The notes beneath the pieces were generated by a model. The model made no database searches. It had not been told where the DNA came from and saw only the letters and a list, made by a program, of their open reading frames with translations. From the IMG/VR virus record IMGVR_UViG_3300016644_000021, positions 1 through 32,656 of that record: a DNA stretch of 32,656 bases, one strand, 5' to 3'. The translations under genes and the position numbers were made by a program. Below are positions 16,980 to 24,915 of this stretch, one piece after another; the stretch's first letter is position 1, and each line of letters begins with the position of its first letter. The stretch comes from a virus (taxonomy: Duplodnaviria; Caudoviricetes).

Positions 16980-17140
16980 AGGCAATGACGTTGAAGAACA
17001 CGCCGCGGCACAGCCACCAGCTGCGGTTTTGCGACAAATGCGAGAGCAGGCAGCCGCCAGAGGGTGGCGTGCAGATGGGGCCGGGCCGCTGGTACTGCGC
17101 CAGCTGCTGGATCAAGCGCAACAGCAAGGGGAAAAAATGA
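16976..17140 (+). CDS. Small zinc-finger protein (54 aa)
   Basis: ...FCDKCESRQPPEGGVQMGPGRWYCASCW... contains two CxxC pairs. 4-nt overlaps on both sides. Not in the ORF track. Confidence 0.65.
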   Translation: MKAMTLKNTPRHSHQLRFCDKCESRQPPEGGVQMGPGRWYCASCWIKRNSKGKK

Positions 17141-17433
17141 ACCGCGAAGACATCATCCGCATGGCGCGGGAGGTTAGTAACACGCCGATTGACCATCACG
17201 CTACGCCCGATCTTTTCGGTGTGGCCCAGATTGAACGCTTCGCCGCCCTTGTCGCTGCTGCCGAGCGCGAGGCGTGTGCGAAAGTGTGTGATGGGCTGTG
17301 GCAAGACGATGGCACAGCCTATGACTGCCGAGAGGCCATCCGCGCAAGGGGGCAGGCAGCCAAAACCTGCCCGCCATGCCACGGTGACTGCAATCAGGGC
17401 CGCGCATGCCCGGCAAGGGGTGGCCATGCGTAA
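17137..17433 (+). CDS. Conserved phage hypothetical protein
   Basis: MNREDIIRMARE...ERFAALVAAAEREACAKVCD...AIRARG plus a Cys-rich tail CPPCHGDCNQGRACP. Confidence 0.7.
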   Translation: MNREDIIRMAREVSNTPIDHHATPDLFGVAQIERFAALVAAAEREACAKVCDGLWQDDGTAYDCREAIRARGQAAKTCPPCHGDCNQGRACPARGGHA

Positions 17434-17893
17434 GCGCAGCAAGTACAAGCCCCGGCAGCAGCTGGTCAACCCGGTGCAGTGGGTGCTGTCCGGGTTCCAG
17501 CCCATGCGCGAGAACGAGCACGCCGTCAGCCTGAAGATCAAGAACCACCAGGCCATGTTCGATATGACCGCTGGCGAGGCCAACCGGGACACCGTTGACG
17601 TGCTGATCGCAGCCATGAACATGGCCGAGGCGCTGGCCACGGTCAACCCGGAAAAGCTGGGCGGGCATCTGGCAGCCGAGATCAAGGCAGCCCAGGACGC
17701 CGTGCATGCCATGGGCAAGCGCTCACTGGCCAAGGGTGTCTTCCGCTTCACCGGCCCCGAGCTGGTGGCCATGAACATCGGCATGGACATCCACGACCAG
17801 CAGCTGGACACCTGCAACATCGCAGAGCTGGATGAAGCCGTGCAGATCGTGGCCAAGGCGATCCGGCACAAGAAAGCGAGGGCCATCGCATGA
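17426..17893 (+). CDS. Conserved phage hypothetical protein
   Basis: Start MRKRSKYKPR at 17426 with phage-like codon use; ATGA overlap with the next gene. Confidence 0.7.
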   Translation: MRKRSKYKPRQQLVNPVQWVLSGFQPMRENEHAVSLKIKNHQAMFDMTAGEANRDTVDVLIAAMNMAEALATVNPEKLGGHLAAEIKAAQDAVHAMGKRSLAKGVFRFTGPELVAMNIGMDIHDQQLDTCNIAELDEAVQIVAKAIRHKKARAIA

Positions 17894-18303
17894 GCCGGTC
17901 ACCGTATTACGGACAGCTGCAGGTCACATCCCTGCCCAGCGAGGTCAAAACCATCTGGTACAGCCGAGATGATGAGCTGCCCGAGCTGCCCAGGCATCTG
18001 TGGTCATGGCAGCTGCAGGACGACATGAGCCTGCTCGAGGCCAAGGATCTGCTGTTCAAGATCCTGGCTGACGCGCCGCTGACAGACCGGGAGATGCTGG
18101 CCATCAAGCTGATCGCCCACGAAGAAGAAACCCTCGAGGAGGCAGGCGAGGCGCTGGGCTGCACCAAGGAGCGGGCCAGGCAGATCTACCTCAAGGGCAT
18201 GCGCAAGCTGCGCCGCCACCAGGCCACGATCACTGGCGTGCAGGTGTGGGAGGTTGACTGCGAGGTCACAACCTGGAACAGCTGGCGCAGGTGGTGCAGA
18301 TGA
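17890..18303 (+). CDS. Stand-alone sigma70 region-4 HTH protein
   Basis: LTDREMLAIKL...TLEEAGEALGCTKERARQIYLKGMRKLR parallels RpoD region 4.2 (TLEEVG..F.VTRERIRQIEAKALRKLR). No region 2. Confidence 0.8.
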   Translation: MSRSPYYGQLQVTSLPSEVKTIWYSRDDELPELPRHLWSWQLQDDMSLLEAKDLLFKILADAPLTDREMLAIKLIAHEEETLEEAGEALGCTKERARQIYLKGMRKLRRHQATITGVQVWEVDCEVTTWNSWRRWCR

Positions 18304-18512
18304 GCCTGTCCAACCATCAAGTTTTCATGCTCAAGCACTTCGCCATGGGCTGGCGCTTCAAGCTGGACAACAAGGTGCCCGGCAGCTGGGTCACATACTG
18401 GTCGCTCAGGCGCAGGGGGCTGGTGACTGCTGGCAGCGTCATCACCGATCTGGGCCGCAAGGTCTTGGCCAAGGAGCTGCGGCTGCAGGCCAAGCGGGAA
18501 GGGAAGAAGTGA
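18300..18512 (+). CDS. Small basic hypothetical protein (wHTH-like)
   Basis: MSLSNHQVFMLKH...SLRRRGLV...ITDLGRKVL; ATGA overlap. Confidence 0.6.
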   Translation: MSLSNHQVFMLKHFAMGWRFKLDNKVPGSWVTYWSLRRRGLVTAGSVITDLGRKVLAKELRLQAKREGKK

Positions 18513-18742
18513 AGCGCCCATGGAAACCCCACTACCCCAAGCACAGAGGCCCGGTCGAGCCGGACAGGACAACGCTGCTGGAGGGCGAGGCCAGGGTGCT
18601 GCTGACGACCTGGGAGGTCAACCGAGACAAGGCAGTCATCGACCGCCGCTTGGCTGCTCTGGACAGGATCTACTGGCCTGGAGCCGAGCAGGCGGTCAGG
18701 CAGCTGATGCACAGGATCAAGCGGGATGAACGCTGTGGCTGA
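18509..18742 (+). CDS. Hypothetical protein (77 aa)
   Basis: GTG start overlapping the upstream TGA; operon packing. Confidence 0.55.
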   Translation: MKRPWKPHYPKHRGPVEPDRTTLLEGEARVLLTTWEVNRDKAVIDRRLAALDRIYWPGAEQAVRQLMHRIKRDERCG

Positions 18743-19706
18743 GCCGATCGCATTCCAGCTGCCAAAGAGGCCCAAGGTCAGGGAGAAGGACCCGCTGCCA
18801 GACCAGAGGAAGCTGGCCGTCATCCCGATCCGCGCATGCACCGACAGGAAGCTGACCGAGGGGATGCTGCGCGTGCTGATCCTGCTGTGCAGCTACTGCA
18901 ACCGGGCAGGCATCACCTGGGTCGGCCAGACCAAGCTGGGCACAGACCTGGGCGTGAGCCGCCAGGCAGTCACCAAGCAGATGACCAAGCTGCAGGCAGC
19001 CGGGTACATCGAAGTCATCGCCAAGGGCTTCCGAGGAGCCAGGGCCAACACCATCCGGGTCATCTTCGACGAGACCGTGGACGCAGAGACCGCCATGGCC
19101 ATCACCAGCCGGTACGAGGACACCAGACCACCAGCCATAAAGGAGCAGCAGGACAGAGAGATGAACGAACCCATCGACCCAGAAGGCCAGCGCAGGATCG
19201 CCCAGCTGGTCGCCAAAGCACTCAAGAACCCCAACCCAAAACCGGAGAGAACCATGCCATCAACAGGACAGACCAGGACCGTCAAAGCGATGAAAGATGA
19301 GATCGCCAAGACCAAACAGAAGCGCTCCAAGGATGTGGACAAGCTGTCAACAACTCAAGCACATAGGCAACCCCCAGAGGTTGCCAATCAGGACGCTCAC
19401 ATAGGCAACCAAGAAAGCCTCCATAGGCAACCTCACTGGCTACCTCCAGAGGTTGCACGAACACAAGAAGAACATAGTAGAGATAAGGTTATAGAGGTTA
19501 TAGAGTTAAAGATTAAAGATAAACCTAATGTTCTGGGCAACCTCGATGTTTCTGATTTCGATTCGTTGATTGAAGCGAGGATGACGCCCGAACAGATCGC
19601 GGATTGCCTTGAGCACCTGCTGCCGCTGTTTCGCGCTGAGGGACTGAACCCGACCAGCCGCGTCCTGGCAGACAGCATCCTGCAACTGCACCGGGACACG
19701 CGATGA
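18726..19706 (+). CDS. Replication initiator protein (N-terminal wHTH, lambda O-like organisation)
   Basis: LRVLILLCSYCNRAGITWVGQTKLGTDLGVSRQAVTKQMTKLQAAGYI is HTH_36-like. The gene contains internal iterons and an AT-rich tract. Confidence 0.75.
   Translation: MNAVAEPIAFQLPKRPKVREKDPLPDQRKLAVIPIRACTDRKLTEGMLRVLILLCSYCNRAGITWVGQTKLGTDLGVSRQAVTKQMTKLQAAGYIEVIAKGFRGARANTIRVIFDETVDAETAMAITSRYEDTRPPAIKEQQDREMNEPIDPEGQRRIAQLVAKALKNPNPKPERTMPSTGQTRTVKAMKDEIAKTKQKRSKDVDKLSTTQAHRQPPEVANQDAHIGNQESLHRQPHWLPPEVARTQEEHSRDKVIEVIELKIKDKPNVLGNLDVSDFDSLIEARMTPEQIADCLEHLLPLFRAEGLNPTSRVLADSILQLHRDTR
19334..19545. repeat. Putative replication origin: iterons plus AT-rich unwinding region
   Basis: CATAGGCAACC at 19362, 19400 and 19422. 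GGCAACC-N6-GGTTGCC inverted repeat at 19366-19385 and a variant at 19438-19457. AT-rich tract at ~19460-19530. DnaA-box-like TGTGGACAA at 19334. Confidence 0.75.
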
Positions 19707-20060
19707 CCAGAGGCTCAGGAAGGCACCTGGAAGGCGCTACAAGGCGCGATCGGGTGGTGGGTGAGGCGAGGGTAGCCACAAGGGCTTCCAAGCGCTCCTA
19801 CGGCCTCCTATCGCGTCTGTGCCAAAGCCAAACGAACGGTTGGGGTTTGTACAGGTGCCAGCCGTGTGCGCAGCCAGGGGGGTCAGCAGCGTGTCCCCAG
19901 GGAAGCCAGGCCGCCTCAACGCGCGCGTCAACGCCTGCGGTATCGGGCCCGCGCGCCTGCGACATGACGCGCGACCACCCTTTCCCCCTCCCCCCTACCA
20001 TAGCGCTAGTGGGGGTCTCCCCCAATTTTTCCCCAACTTTTCCACAGAAAGGCTTTTCCC

Positions 20061-20375
20061 ATGAATGAGCAATACCAACCTGGAGCTATCCGTCAGATGA
20101 CTGAGGTTGAAATGAAGGAATACAACGCCAAGATGGCGGCAAAGGCTGCCCAACTCAATCCAGAGGCTGCTGATCCCTGGCGTCATCGGTCTGCTGGCAT
20201 GCGCTGCCAGACCTGCATGTGGTTTGTGAAGAAGGAGCCGACTGGCCTGGTGTCGCATCCTGGCCAACAAGAGATTGGCCGCTGCCGCCGCCATGCGCCG
20301 ACCATGGGTGGCTACCCGGTGGTGTACATGACCGACTGGTGCGGCGACCACCGTATTGACGAAAACAAACTGTGA
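20061..20375 (+). CDS. Hypothetical Cys/His metal-binding protein
   Basis: CQTCMWF...GRCRRHAP...YPVV...DWCGDH; AAAGG upstream. Confidence 0.7.
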   Translation: MNEQYQPGAIRQMTEVEMKEYNAKMAAKAAQLNPEAADPWRHRSAGMRCQTCMWFVKKEPTGLVSHPGQQEIGRCRRHAPTMGGYPVVYMTDWCGDHRIDENKL

Positions 20376-20405
20376 CTTTGTAAACTGCCATCTGAAAGGA
20401 CTGAC

Positions 20406-20681
20406 ATGGCATACGAGATGAAACCTGGGCAGGGCTCTGCCTTCAAGAACGACAAGAAGACGGAGGATTGGCACCCTGCGTTCAAGGGCAAGGTGATGCT
20501 GCCTGATGGGTCGGTGCATTGGCTGGATGTGAATCCGAAGAAGACGCAGGCTGGAGAGACCTGGGTATCGGTGAAGATTGGCAAGCAGATTGAAGCCCCT
20601 GCTGCCAAGCCGATCAGTGAGCACTCGGTGGCCAAGGGCAATGCGTTTGTGACGGAGGCTGACGATGACATCCCGTTCTGA
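20406..20681 (+). CDS. Putative single-stranded DNA-binding protein (small OB-fold-like)
   Basis: GSAFKNDKK...HPAFKGKV and an SSB-type acidic tail DDDIPF. AAAGGA RBS. Confidence 0.65.
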   Translation: MAYEMKPGQGSAFKNDKKTEDWHPAFKGKVMLPDGSVHWLDVNPKKTQAGETWVSVKIGKQIEAPAAKPISEHSVAKGNAFVTEADDDIPF

Positions 20682-20910
20682 CACCAGTGAGCGCGCGTTT
20701 TCAAGGCCGTTTAGCGTTGATGACCTTGACCCTAACATCACATATCCAGCCCATGCCGGCATGACCATACGCGACTACTTCGCGGCCAAGGCGATGCAGG
20801 GGTACCTGGCTGACCCTGAATGGCGTGCAGATGTTTCGCACAGGGGGACGGCTGATGCGGCGTACCGCATGGCAGACGCCATGCTGAAGGCGCGGGATGG
20901 CACGCAGTAA
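20665..20910 (+). CDS. Conserved phage protein (GMT.RDYFAAKAMQG family)
   Basis: GMTIRDYFAAKAMQG...AYRMADAMLKAR motif. Confidence 0.75.
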   Translation: MTSRSDTSERAFSRPFSVDDLDPNITYPAHAGMTIRDYFAAKAMQGYLADPEWRADVSHRGTADAAYRMADAMLKARDGTQ

Positions 20911-21331
20911 GCACCCGACTCAGATCCCCAGCGTGGCTGGCTGGGGTGGGACGCGCTCGATTGAGCGGCGTCTGGAGCGATCCGCGACCCTGGCTGGCAA
21001 CCGGGAAGCGGTGGCCTATGCGCTGCTGTGCATGGCCAACACCAAGATCACTGACATCATGACCTGGGATGAGGATGGCAACGTGCGCGTCAAGCGTGCC
21101 TCGGACATTCCTGAGCATGCGCTGACGGCGATCAAGAACATCCGGGTCAAGACAGACCGGGATGGCAACTCGACCCTTGAGATCGAGCTTTATGACAAGG
21201 TTGGGGTGCTGCGGATCTTGGCCAAGGCCAGCGGTCTGCTGGACAGCCCAGACGAGTCTGACAAGCCCAGCGTGATTGGAATCACCGTGCAGGCTCCTGA
21301 GGGTGCTGTGCGTATGAAAGACGACGAATGA
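20897..21331 (+). CDS. terS: Terminase small subunit
   Basis: Immediately upstream of and overlapping TerL. AIKNIRV...IELYDKVGVLRILAK..GLL pattern. Confidence 0.75.
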   Translation: MARSKHPTQIPSVAGWGGTRSIERRLERSATLAGNREAVAYALLCMANTKITDIMTWDEDGNVRVKRASDIPEHALTAIKNIRVKTDRDGNSTLEIELYDKVGVLRILAKASGLLDSPDESDKPSVIGITVQAPEGAVRMKDDE

Positions 21332-22881
21332 GCAAGACCAAAGAACAGAGCCAGAAGGCGCTGCCGCCGGGCGGGCTGAACCTGAACTTCAGCAGCAGCC
21401 CAGTGGTGTATGACTTTTTCCAGAACAACGCCTTCGTCCAGGGCATGATGGGCCCGGTGGGCTCTGGAAAGTCCTACGCCTGCGCGGCCAAGATCTTCAA
21501 GAAGGCGGTGGAGCAAAAGCCCTCGCCCATTGACGGCATCAAATACACGCGCTTTGCCATCGTGCGAAACAGCTATCCCATGCTGAAGACCACCACGATC
21601 AAGACCTGGCTCGACCTGTTCCCCGAGTCCACATTCGGCCCGATGCTGTGGACGCCTCCGATCACCCACCACATCCGACTGCCCGCCCGAGATGGCGCGG
21701 CTGGCATTGACTGCGAGGTCATCTTCCTGGCCCTGGACCAGCCCAAGGACGTCAGGAAGCTGCTGTCGCTGGAGCTCACGGGTGCCTGGGTCAACGAAGC
21801 GCGCGAGCTGCCCAAGGCTGTGATTGACGGCCTGACGCACCGGGTCGGTCGCTACCCGACCAAGCGCGATGGCGGTGCCACCTGGCACGGGATCATCATG
21901 GACACCAACCCAATGGACGATGACCACTGGTGGCATCGCATGGCCGAGAAAGAAAAGATGACCGGGCCGTATGCCTGGAAGTTCTGGAAGCAGCCAGGCG
22001 GCGTGGTGCCCGTCGATCCCGAGGACCTGCCCGAGTTTCCAGAGGCCAACGACCACATTTTCTCGGCTGGCAAGTGGTGGAAGGTCAACCCCAAGGCCGA
22101 AAACCTGGGCAACCTCCCGCCCGGCTATTACCCGCAGATGCTGCTTGGCAAGACGCTGGACTGGATTCGCTGCTATGCCGGGGGCGAGTACACCTATGTG
22201 CAGGAAGGCCGCCCTGTCTGGCCTGAATATGACGATTCCACCATGTCTGGCGACACCACTGTGGACCCCACGGTGCCCATTCAGATCGGTCTGGACTTCG
22301 GTTTGACGCCCGCGGCGACCATTGGCCAGCGCATGCCAAATGGCCAGTGGCAGATTCACCAGGAAATCGTCACTTTCGACATGGGCCTGGAGCGTTTTGG
22401 CCTGCAGCTGCTGACCGAATTGAACAGCCGATACCCGAATCACCAGATTTTGGTCTGGGGAGACCCTGCTGGCCAGGCCCGTGACGCCATTTATGAGGTC
22501 ACCGCCTTTGAATTCCTGCGAACCCTGGGGCTCAGAGCCCAGCCAACGGCCAGCAACGACTTCAAAGTGCGCCGCGAAGCGTCTGCCGCCCCCATGCAGC
22601 GCCTGATTCAGGGTAAACCCGGGCTCATTGTGAACAGAGAATGCAAGCTTCTCCGCAAAGCCCTGGGCGGCGGGTACCATTTTAAGCGTGTTGCGGTCGG
22701 AGCGGGGCAAGAACGCTTCCGCGACGCCCCCAACAAGAACGAGCACTCGCACATCGGTGACTCTTTTGGCTACCTGATGCTCGGCGGCGGGGAATACAAC
22801 CGCATGACCCGCACGCAGCAGCTCGGCGGCAGCATGCCCAAGCTGGCCGTGGCAAAAACGGACTTCGACATCTTCGGATGA
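21328..22881 (+). CDS. terL: Terminase large subunit
   Basis: Walker A GPVGSGKS, Walker B AWVNE, DTNP, nuclease motifs GLDFGLTPA and SHIGDSFGY. Confidence 0.95.
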   Translation: MSKTKEQSQKALPPGGLNLNFSSSPVVYDFFQNNAFVQGMMGPVGSGKSYACAAKIFKKAVEQKPSPIDGIKYTRFAIVRNSYPMLKTTTIKTWLDLFPESTFGPMLWTPPITHHIRLPARDGAAGIDCEVIFLALDQPKDVRKLLSLELTGAWVNEARELPKAVIDGLTHRVGRYPTKRDGGATWHGIIMDTNPMDDDHWWHRMAEKEKMTGPYAWKFWKQPGGVVPVDPEDLPEFPEANDHIFSAGKWWKVNPKAENLGNLPPGYYPQMLLGKTLDWIRCYAGGEYTYVQEGRPVWPEYDDSTMSGDTTVDPTVPIQIGLDFGLTPAATIGQRMPNGQWQIHQEIVTFDMGLERFGLQLLTELNSRYPNHQILVWGDPAGQARDAIYEVTAFEFLRTLGLRAQPTASNDFKVRREASAAPMQRLIQGKPGLIVNRECKLLRKALGGGYHFKRVAVGAGQERFRDAPNKNEHSHIGDSFGYLMLGGGEYNRMTRTQQLGGSMPKLAVAKTDFDIFG

Positions 22882-23315
22882 GCGCCGATCTGTTCAATTC
22901 CAGCATGCGCCTGCCGCCCGGCGCGCGCTGGGTTGACTTCCACCCGGGACTGGCTGGCCACGACGCCATCCAGCTGACCGAGCAGGCTATGGCCGGACCC
23001 GCTGCCGTGCTCATGGTCGGCGACCAGGTGCTGTGCCTGTGCGGCATTGTGCTGATTTCGTGCCATGTCGGCGAGGCCTGGACCGTGATCAACCACGACC
23101 TGGCCAAACGCAACCCCCTCCTGCTGACCCGCGCCGTCAGGAATGTGCTCAATATCACAGTGAAATCGCATTTTTTGCACCGCGTGCAGATGACCGTACA
23201 CTCGGCCTCAAATGAGGCCGTGCGGTGGGCGTTTGCTTTGGGGTTCACCGTGGAAGCGCTGATGCGCAAGTACGGCGACGACCAGAGTGACCATTTTTTA
23301 TTCGTGAGGGTGTGA
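22878..23315 (+). CDS. GNAT acetyltransferase-fold protein
   Basis: VGEAW...LHRVQMTVH...AVRWAFALGFTVEALMRKYG.D..DHFLF. RimJ-like C-terminal motifs. Confidence 0.7.
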   Translation: MSADLFNSSMRLPPGARWVDFHPGLAGHDAIQLTEQAMAGPAAVLMVGDQVLCLCGIVLISCHVGEAWTVINHDLAKRNPLLLTRAVRNVLNITVKSHFLHRVQMTVHSASNEAVRWAFALGFTVEALMRKYGDDQSDHFLFVRV

Positions 23316-24001
23316 TGGGCGGAACTGTAAAAAAACTGGCGGGCACGATTGTTGGCGGCACTGTTGGCTTTATGGTCGGCGGTCCTGCTGGCGCTGTGCA
23401 GGGTGCAAAGATCGGTGCTGGTGTTGACACTGCCCGCGCGGCCACAGACGTCGCAAAGCAGCAAAAGGCCGCGGCAGCTGAGGCGCAGCGTCAATCCGAG
23501 CTGGCCAGGGCTGAGGCGATCGGCCAGGCCACCAAAGCGCGCGAGCAGGCGGCGGCTGAGGCCGCTGCAGCCCGTGCTCAGCAGCAGGCAGCCTATGACG
23601 CCCAGGCCAAACAGAACCAGGAGCTGCTTGTCCAGCAAAAAACAGACGCCCAACAGCGCATGCAGCAGATGCAGCTGTCGGCCCAAGAGCAGCAGAAGCT
23701 CATGGAGAACCTGACCACGCAGCAAAAGCAGGCGGCTGACCTGGCGCAGGTGCAACTGAGCCAGCAGCAAAAGCAGTACGCCGAGCAGAAGGCGACCATG
23801 GAAAAAGCAGCAGCTGATCAGGCCGCTGCCCTGGAGGCTGAGCGCCGCAAGGTCGCAGAGCGCGAGTCTGCGCAGATGACGGCTCGCCGACGCAGTGGCC
23901 GCCGCGCCCTGCTGTCTTCTGCCCGCATGACGCCCGAGATTGGCCTGGCTGGCCTGGCCACCACGGACGAGACAAAGCCGAAAACCATGCTGGGGGCATA
24001 A
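23315..24001 (+). CDS. Putative virion/ejection protein (Gly-zipper N-terminus, Gln/Ala coiled coil, Arg-rich C-terminus)
   Basis: LAGTIVGGTVGFMVGGPAGAVQGAKIG, a long coiled coil, and RRRSGRRALLS...MLGA. Positioned before the portal like T7 gp6.7/7.3. Confidence 0.6.
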   Translation: MGGTVKKLAGTIVGGTVGFMVGGPAGAVQGAKIGAGVDTARAATDVAKQQKAAAAEAQRQSELARAEAIGQATKAREQAAAEAAAARAQQQAAYDAQAKQNQELLVQQKTDAQQRMQQMQLSAQEQQKLMENLTTQQKQAADLAQVQLSQQQKQYAEQKATMEKAAADQAAALEAERRKVAERESAQMTARRRSGRRALLSSARMTPEIGLAGLATTDETKPKTMLGA

Positions 24002-24559
24002 ATGGCTTACGACTTCTCCGCTGTCGTCAACCAGATGCGCAGCGCTGGCGTGGCCCAGGCTGAGATCGACTCATTTCTGAAAGAGCAGGAACGCCTGGAG
24101 CGCGAGTTCCAGTCGCAATTTGAGACGACGAAGGCCACGACCACTGATCAGTTCAAGGCAGCGCAGGCCGAGATCGACGCCATGTTCGCCAAAGAGCAGC
24201 AGTCGCTGCAGTCGCAGAAGGCAGCGTTTGAGCAGGCCCAGACGCGAGCGCAAGAACAGGCCAGGGCAATGGCCGCCCAGGCTGAGCAGCAACAAAAAGA
24301 GCTGGCCAAGCAGAAGGCTGAGTCTGAGGCGCAATTTGCAGCCAACGCTGAGCGCGTCAGAAGCGAGACAGAGGCTGTGCAGCGTGAGTCTGCCGAGAAG
24401 ATCGCTGGCCGCCGCAGGGCTCGCCGCGGTGTCGCGGCCAGGGACAGCATCATCAATGCCGCCATGGGCGACGCTGCTGCAGTTCCGAAGCTCGGAGGCG
24501 CAGGATCAATCGGCGTGGCTGGCGCGCTGGGTGCAGATCAAACTTTAGGAGTCGGATGA
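24002..24559 (+). CDS. Putative virion protein, coiled coil with Arg-rich C-terminus
   Basis: Q/E/A-rich helix, RRRARRGVAARDSII...TLGVG. Confidence 0.6.
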   Translation: MAYDFSAVVNQMRSAGVAQAEIDSFLKEQERLEREFQSQFETTKATTTDQFKAAQAEIDAMFAKEQQSLQSQKAAFEQAQTRAQEQARAMAAQAEQQQKELAKQKAESEAQFAANAERVRSETEAVQRESAEKIAGRRRARRGVAARDSIINAAMGDAAAVPKLGGAGSIGVAGALGADQTLGVG

Positions 24560-24720
24560 TGAAGACGGACAAGGTTGAGAAGGTGATGCACGAATACAAG
24601 GTCGGCACACTCAAGAGCTCCAGCGGCCAGAAGGTGACCAGCCGCAAGCAGGCCATCGCCATTGGTCTGTCTGAGCAGCGCGCACAGCGCAAGCATGGCC
24701 TCATGAAGGAAGCAAAGTGA
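24556..24720 (+). CDS. DUF6496-like small basic protein (54 aa)
   Basis: KVEKVMHEYKVGTLKSSSGQKVTSRKQAIAIGLSE; AGGAG RBS. Not in the ORF track. Confidence 0.8.
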   Translation: MMKTDKVEKVMHEYKVGTLKSSSGQKVTSRKQAIAIGLSEQRAQRKHGLMKEAK

Positions 24721-24914
24721 TGAAGATTGAAATCAGCATTGAAAAAGACGACAAGGAAAAGCAAGACGGCGAGCGCAATGGTGAGCCGATGCACGAAGAC
24801 CTGACGCCAGAGCAGATCGCGCAGATGGCTGCACGACTGAAAAGCAAGTCTGCATTGAGCCGGGCCGAGCGCATGATGCTGGCCAACTACCTGCTGCAGG
24901 ACAAGGAAGACTGA
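24720..24914 (+). CDS. Hypothetical protein
   Basis: Fills the gap before the portal; AAGGAAG upstream. Confidence 0.6.
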   Translation: MKIEISIEKDDKEKQDGERNGEPMHEDLTPEQIAQMAARLKSKSALSRAERMMLANYLLQDKED

Positions 24915-24915
24915 T

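Noticed and set aside
19362-19457. Mini-CRISPR array
   Set aside because: Repeats are only 11 bp with irregular 11-27 bp gaps, lie inside a coding gene next to an AT-rich tract, and there are no cas genes. They fit iterons better.
19703-20068. 121-aa ORF after the initiator
   Set aside because: Atypical composition (Arg/Pro/Ser/Cys-rich), no recognisable motif, and it spans homopolymer tracts and inverted repeats. More likely non-coding.
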